DNA of 32,000 nt from Halomicrobium mukohataei DSM 12286. Lineage in GTDB: Archaea; Halobacteriota; Halobacteria; Halobacteriales; Haloarculaceae. Numbering within the stretch: position 1 is the stretch's first letter; each line of letters starts with the position of its first letter. This document shows, in pieces, positions 28,840-32,000 of the stretch. Both the position numbers and the translations under genes were made by a program. The stretch spans positions 1,290,001 to 1,322,000 of the forward strand of contig NC_013202.1 of assembly GCF_000023965.1 (NCBI RefSeq). The letters run 5' to 3'. The notes beneath the pieces are model-generated. The model saw only the letters and a list, made by a program, of their open reading frames with translations, did no database searches and had not been told where the DNA came from.

Positions 28840-29706
28840 CTACGACTGTTCGTCTTCTTTGAGGTCTTCGAGCTCGCTCTCGACTTCGCTGTCGGAGACT
28901 TCGGGCGTCTCCACGTCTCCCTCGCCGTTGCCGCCCGCCAGCTCGGCTTCGAGGTCGTCGGTCGTGACCTCGGCGTCTGCGCTCTCGTCGGTCGTCTCGT
29001 CGGCGTCGCCTTTCCCCATCTCGGCTTTCAGCGTGTCGAGCTCGGCGTCGACCTCGCCTTTCGACTGGATCTCTTCGAGTTCGCGGTCGAGCTGGTCCTT
29101 GTCGCTGAGCGCGTCCTCGAAGACCCCTTCGTCTTGCAGTTCGTCCATCGCCTGGGACCGGGCCTCCATCTTCTCGGTGCGTTCCTCCGCGCGCTCGATC
29201 GCACGGCCCACGTCTTTCATCTCGTCGCCGGCTCCCGTCATCGCCTCGTTGACTCGCTTGGAGGCCTCGGCGGCCTCGTAGCGTGCCTTCATCGTCTCTT
29301 TCTTGGTCTTGAACTGCTCGATGCGCTGCTGGAGCTGGTCTTTCTGTTCGACGAGCCCCTCCTGCTGGCTCTGGAGCTGCTGGATCTGGCTGTCGAGCTC
29401 CTCGATCTGGCTCATCTTCTGTTTTTTCTTTTCGAGGGCCTTCCGGGCCAGATCCTCGCGATCCTGCTCGATCGCTTGCCGGGCCTGCTCGTTGTGGTTC
29501 TCGACGTTCTCTTCGAGTCTGCGTTTCTGGATCTCCAGGCGCTTTTTCTGGGTCGTCAGGTCGGCGATCCCTTCCTTCACGTCCTGGAGTTCGTCCCGCA
29601 GTTGCTCGTAGGAGTAGTCGAGGGTCTCGCTCGGGTCCTCGGCGCTGTTGAGGACGGCGTTCAGCTTCGACCGAATGACGTACGATGCGCGCGAGAGGAT
29701 TCCCAT
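28840..29706 (-). CDS. pspA: PspA/IM30 (phage shock protein A / Vipp1) family protein
   Basis: 288 aa. MGILSRASYVIRSKLNAVLNSAEDPSETLDYSYEQLRDELQDVKEGIADLTTQKKRLE... is the canonical PspA N-terminus with long coiled coils. An acidic C-terminal tail follows. Confidence 0.9.
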   Translation of the reverse strand: MGILSRASYVIRSKLNAVLNSAEDPSETLDYSYEQLRDELQDVKEGIADLTTQKKRLEIQKRRLEENVENHNEQARQAIEQDREDLARKALEKKKQKMSQIEELDSQIQQLQSQQEGLVEQKDQLQQRIEQFKTKKETMKARYEAAEASKRVNEAMTGAGDEMKDVGRAIERAEERTEKMEARSQAMDELQDEGVFEDALSDKDQLDRELEEIQSKGEVDAELDTLKAEMGKGDADETTDESADAEVTTDDLEAELAGGNGEGDVETPEVSDSEVESELEDLKEDEQS

Positions 29707-29729
29707 ACCCCGTGTTCGGGGGGCGCGCC

Positions 29730-29737
29730 TTAAAATT
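29730..29737. promoter_or_regulatory. Shared TATA element (TTAAAATT) between divergent pspA and hydrolase genes
   Basis: Centre 29733/29734 is about 28 nt from the pspA ATG (29706) and about 32 nt from the hydrolase GTG (29766). Confidence 0.45.
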
Positions 29738-29765
29738 CTTACATCCGTCTGCCCAGAGGGACAAT

Positions 29766-30356
29766 GTGGAACGTATTCCGATTCCAGGTGGGCGTGACGT
29801 GCGGGCCGTCCTCGACGGCTCTGGTGCGGACCGCGCCGTCGTCGCGTGCCCGCCCCATCCCGAGATGGGCGGCTCTCGTAGCGACCGGCGCTTGCGGGCG
29901 GTCAGCGACGCGCTCGGGGATCGTGGCGTCGCCTGCCTCCGCTTCGACTACGGCCCGTGGGACGAGGGCCGCGGCGAGCGCCGTGACTGTCTCGCGGCGC
30001 TGGAGTGGGCCCGCGAGCGGTTCGACTCGGTCGCGCTCTTTGGCTACAGTTTCGGCGCTGGCGTCGCGTTGCTCGCGGCGGCCGAAGCCGACCCACAGCC
30101 CGCCGCCGTCTCGGTGCTCGCGCCGCCGGCACGACTGGACGACGGCACGGAGACGCCGCCGGCCGTCGGCGACATCGACTGCCCGCTCCAAGTGTGCTAC
30201 GGCGAGCGCGACGACACCGTCGACTGGCGGCCGGTCGTCGCCGCTGCCCGCGACCGCGGAGCGACTATCGAATCGCTGCCGGCCGACCACCACTTCGTGG
30301 GACAGGGCGAGCGTGTTAGTGTGTGTATCACGTCATTTAACGAAATACATCTATGA
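29766..30356 (+). CDS. Alpha/beta-fold hydrolase (COG2945-like)
   Basis: A GTG start at 29766 is preferred, giving (V)ERIPIPGGRDVRAVLDG..VVACPPHPEMGGSRSDRRLRAVSDAL..GVACLRFDYG. The nucleophile elbow is GYSFG, with C-terminal PADHHF. The track ATG at 29685 would overlap the pspA start and the shared TATA. The last 13 codons (VSVCITSFNEIHL) run into AT-rich DNA. Confidence 0.7.
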   Translation: MERIPIPGGRDVRAVLDGSGADRAVVACPPHPEMGGSRSDRRLRAVSDALGDRGVACLRFDYGPWDEGRGERRDCLAALEWARERFDSVALFGYSFGAGVALLAAAEADPQPAAVSVLAPPARLDDGTETPPAVGDIDCPLQVCYGERDDTVDWRPVVAAARDRGATIESLPADHHFVGQGERVSVCITSFNEIHL

Positions 30357-30800
30357 ATGGCAGATGTCATCTGGAAACATCCACTACGTGGGTGACTATG
30401 ACAAGCGCTGTGATTGAACCTGCGGCAAGTGTTAGGAATCCACTCTCAGAAGCGGGGATCTGGTCAGCAAGGAGTGTAAGTTGAATGGATATCAACATCC
30501 ACGTAATGTGCCTTATACCATTATTTTTCATATATTAATATTATTCTTATATTTTATATATCTTCGTATTACATCATCGATGTCTTCAGCCATATTATAC
30601 CTTGGACATTTAGTCCGATATCTATAGTATATTTTTGGGTTTTTAAATGGGATATGGGGCTTGTATTACTGCCGCCTCGGCATTGTCTAGTTCTGGACCT
30701 CTTCATGCTACCGGCTATACATCCGTCACAAAGCTATAGCCGGCAGTATAATTCTACCTGCCGTATTCCCTTGATAACCCGTTCCATGAGAGGAAGTTCC
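30316..30800. other. AT-rich island (compositionally foreign intergenic DNA)
   Basis: Direct count: the three 60-nt lines 30481-30660 contain only 16, 15 and 21 G+C. The lines on either side (30361-30480 and 30661-30780) hold 28-32 G+C, and neighbouring coding DNA is far richer still. Contains element copy E3 and two tiny minus-strand ORFs. Confidence 0.8.
30711..30743. repeat. Palindromic intergenic element, mini copy E3
   Basis: CCGGCTATA (30711-30719) pairs with TATAGCCGG (30735-30743) across a 15-nt spacer. CCGGCTATACATCCGTCAC resembles CCGGCTGTACATCTGTCAC of E2. TATAGCCGGCAGTA (30735-30748) matches the TAYAGCCGGCWGTA sites of E1. Confidence 0.6.
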
Positions 30801-30836
30801 CGAAACGGTTTTCAACACAGGTAGCGGACCGTCGGT

Positions 30837-32000
30837 ATGCCGACGGAACCTGAGACTGACTACGACCCGGAACTGGGTCGGAAGTTCATTTTCGTAACGG
30901 GAGGCGTGATGTCCGGGCTGGGCAAGGGGATCACCGCCGCGAGTACCGGCCGACTACTGAAAAACGCGGGCTTCGACGTGACCGCCGTCAAGATCGATCC
31001 GTACCTCAACGTCGACGCCGGGACGATGAACCCGTTCCAGCACGGCGAGGTGTACGTGCTGAAAGACGGCGGGGAGGTCGACCTCGACTTGGGGAACTAC
31101 GAGCGGTTCCTCGACATCGACATGACCTTCGACCACAACATCACGACCGGCAAGACCTACCAGCACGTCATCGAGAAAGAGCGGGCCGGCGACTACCTGG
31201 GCAAGACGGTCCAGATCATCCCGCACATCACCGACGACATCAAGCGTCGCATCCGCGAGGCCGCCAAGGGCAACGACGTGTGTATCATCGAGGTTGGCGG
31301 GACAGTCGGGGACATCGAGGGGATGCCCTACCTCGAAGCGCTGCGCCAGTTCGCCCACGAGGAAGACGACGACGACATTCTCTTTACCCACGTCACGCTC
31401 GTCCCCTACTCGATGAACGGCGAGCAAAAGACCAAGCCGACCCAGCACTCGGTGAAGGAACTGCGCTCGATCGGGCTCCAGCCCGACATCCTCGTCGGCC
31501 GCTCGGAGGACAAACTCGACATCGACACCCGCGAGAAGATCGCGCTGTTCTGTGACGTACCGACCGAGGCGGTGTTCTCTAACCCCGACGTCTCTGACAT
31601 CTACCACGTCCCGCTGATGGTCGAAGAGGCCGGACTCGACCAGTACGTGATGGAGCAACTCGACATCGCGGACGAGGCGCTCCCACCCGAGCAACGGGAG
31701 AACCGCTGGCGCGAACTCGTGACCCAGCAGACGACCGGCGAGATCGACGTGGCGCTGGTCGGCAAGTACGACCTCGAAGACGCCTACATGTCCGTCCACG
31801 AGGCGCTGAAACACGCCGGTCTCGAAGCCAACGTCGACGTGAACGTCGAGTGGGTCGACTCCGAGGAGATGAGCGACCACCACGTCGACCGGCTCCACGA
31901 CGCCGACGCGGTCGTGGTTCCCGGCGGTTTCGGCTCTCGCGGGACCGCGGGCAAGGTCGAGGCGATCCGCTACGCCCGCGAGAACGACGTGCCGTTCCTG
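30837..32000 (+). CDS. pyrG: CTP synthase (first 388 codons; continues beyond the right window edge)
   Basis: Absent from the track because it is open-ended. ATG 30837 gives [92 protein letters not shown]...[23 protein letters not shown]. The start of the glutamine amidotransferase domain follows ([30 protein letters not shown]). Confidence 0.95.
   Translation, partial: MPTEPETDYDPELGRKFIFVTGGVMSGLGKGITAASTGRLLKNAGFDVTAVKIDPYLNVDAGTMNPFQHGEVYVLKDGGEVDLDLGNYERFLDIDMTFDHNITTGKTYQHVIEKERAGDYLGKTVQIIPHITDDIKRRIREAAKGNDVCIIEVGGTVGDIEGMPYLEALRQFAHEEDDDDILFTHVTLVPYSMNGEQKTKPTQHSVKELRSIGLQPDILVGRSEDKLDIDTREKIALFCDVPTEAVFSNPDVSDIYHVPLMVEEAGLDQYVMEQLDIADEALPPEQRENRWRELVTQQTTGEIDVALVGKYDLEDAYMSVHEALKHAGLEANVDVNVEWVDSEEMSDHHVDRLHDADAVVVPGGFGSRGTAGKVEAIRYARENDVPFL

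Noticed and set aside
30316-30800. The AT-rich island considered as a replication origin (oriC), since TCATCTGGAAAC at 30367-30378 is partially ORB-like.
   Set aside because: It matches only about 9/12 of the haloarchaeal ORB core as I remember it. There is no inverted second copy, no convincing G-string and no adjacent orc1/cdc6 gene.

Overview
Haloarchaeal-type chromosomal segment: very GC-rich coding DNA, strongly acidic predicted proteins, Tat-like RR signal peptides, and TATA-like boxes about 27-34 nt upstream of start codons, implying mostly leaderless mRNAs. I support 29 protein-coding genes, one transposase pseudogene, an IS6-type MITE with an 8-bp target-site duplication, two further IS6-type end remnants, coding tandem repeats and a family of palindromic intergenic repeats. 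No rRNA, tRNA or CRISPR array was seen. Left third: a translationally coupled MoxR/vWA membrane operon, a PIN(DUF3368)/UPF0175 toxin-antitoxin pair, and an AA10 lytic polysaccharide monooxygenase with two CBM5/12 modules bracketed by IS6-type ends. Middle: an ArsR-type regulator with a secreted low-complexity protein, a Vms1/VLRF1-like protein, a DUF1611 plus dipeptide-epimerase pair (DgcN/DgcA-like), a GCS2-type ligase and a gamma-carbonic-anhydrase-like protein. Most interesting is 18.3-25.1 kb. This locus combines an ER/archaeal-type signal peptidase I carrying a long C-terminal extension, a rhomboid protease, a two-TM DUF5305-like protein and three paralogous secreted proteins. Two of the paralogues share an RR signal followed by an A-[DN]-R..V..D..L-[IL]-G motif. 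One paralogue is fused to CARDB + TM + a second module, and one to a ricin-type lectin. I read it as a candidate SipW/TasA-like (archaeal bundling-pilus-like) surface-fibre or matrix system, which I do not recognise as characterised in haloarchaea. Right third: UspA, ThrRS, a membrane protein, PspA, an alpha/beta hydrolase, an AT-rich island with two tiny coupled ORFs, and the 5' part of CTP synthase. Many long ORFs in the track are antisense or off-frame shadows typical of high-GC DNA and were rejected.
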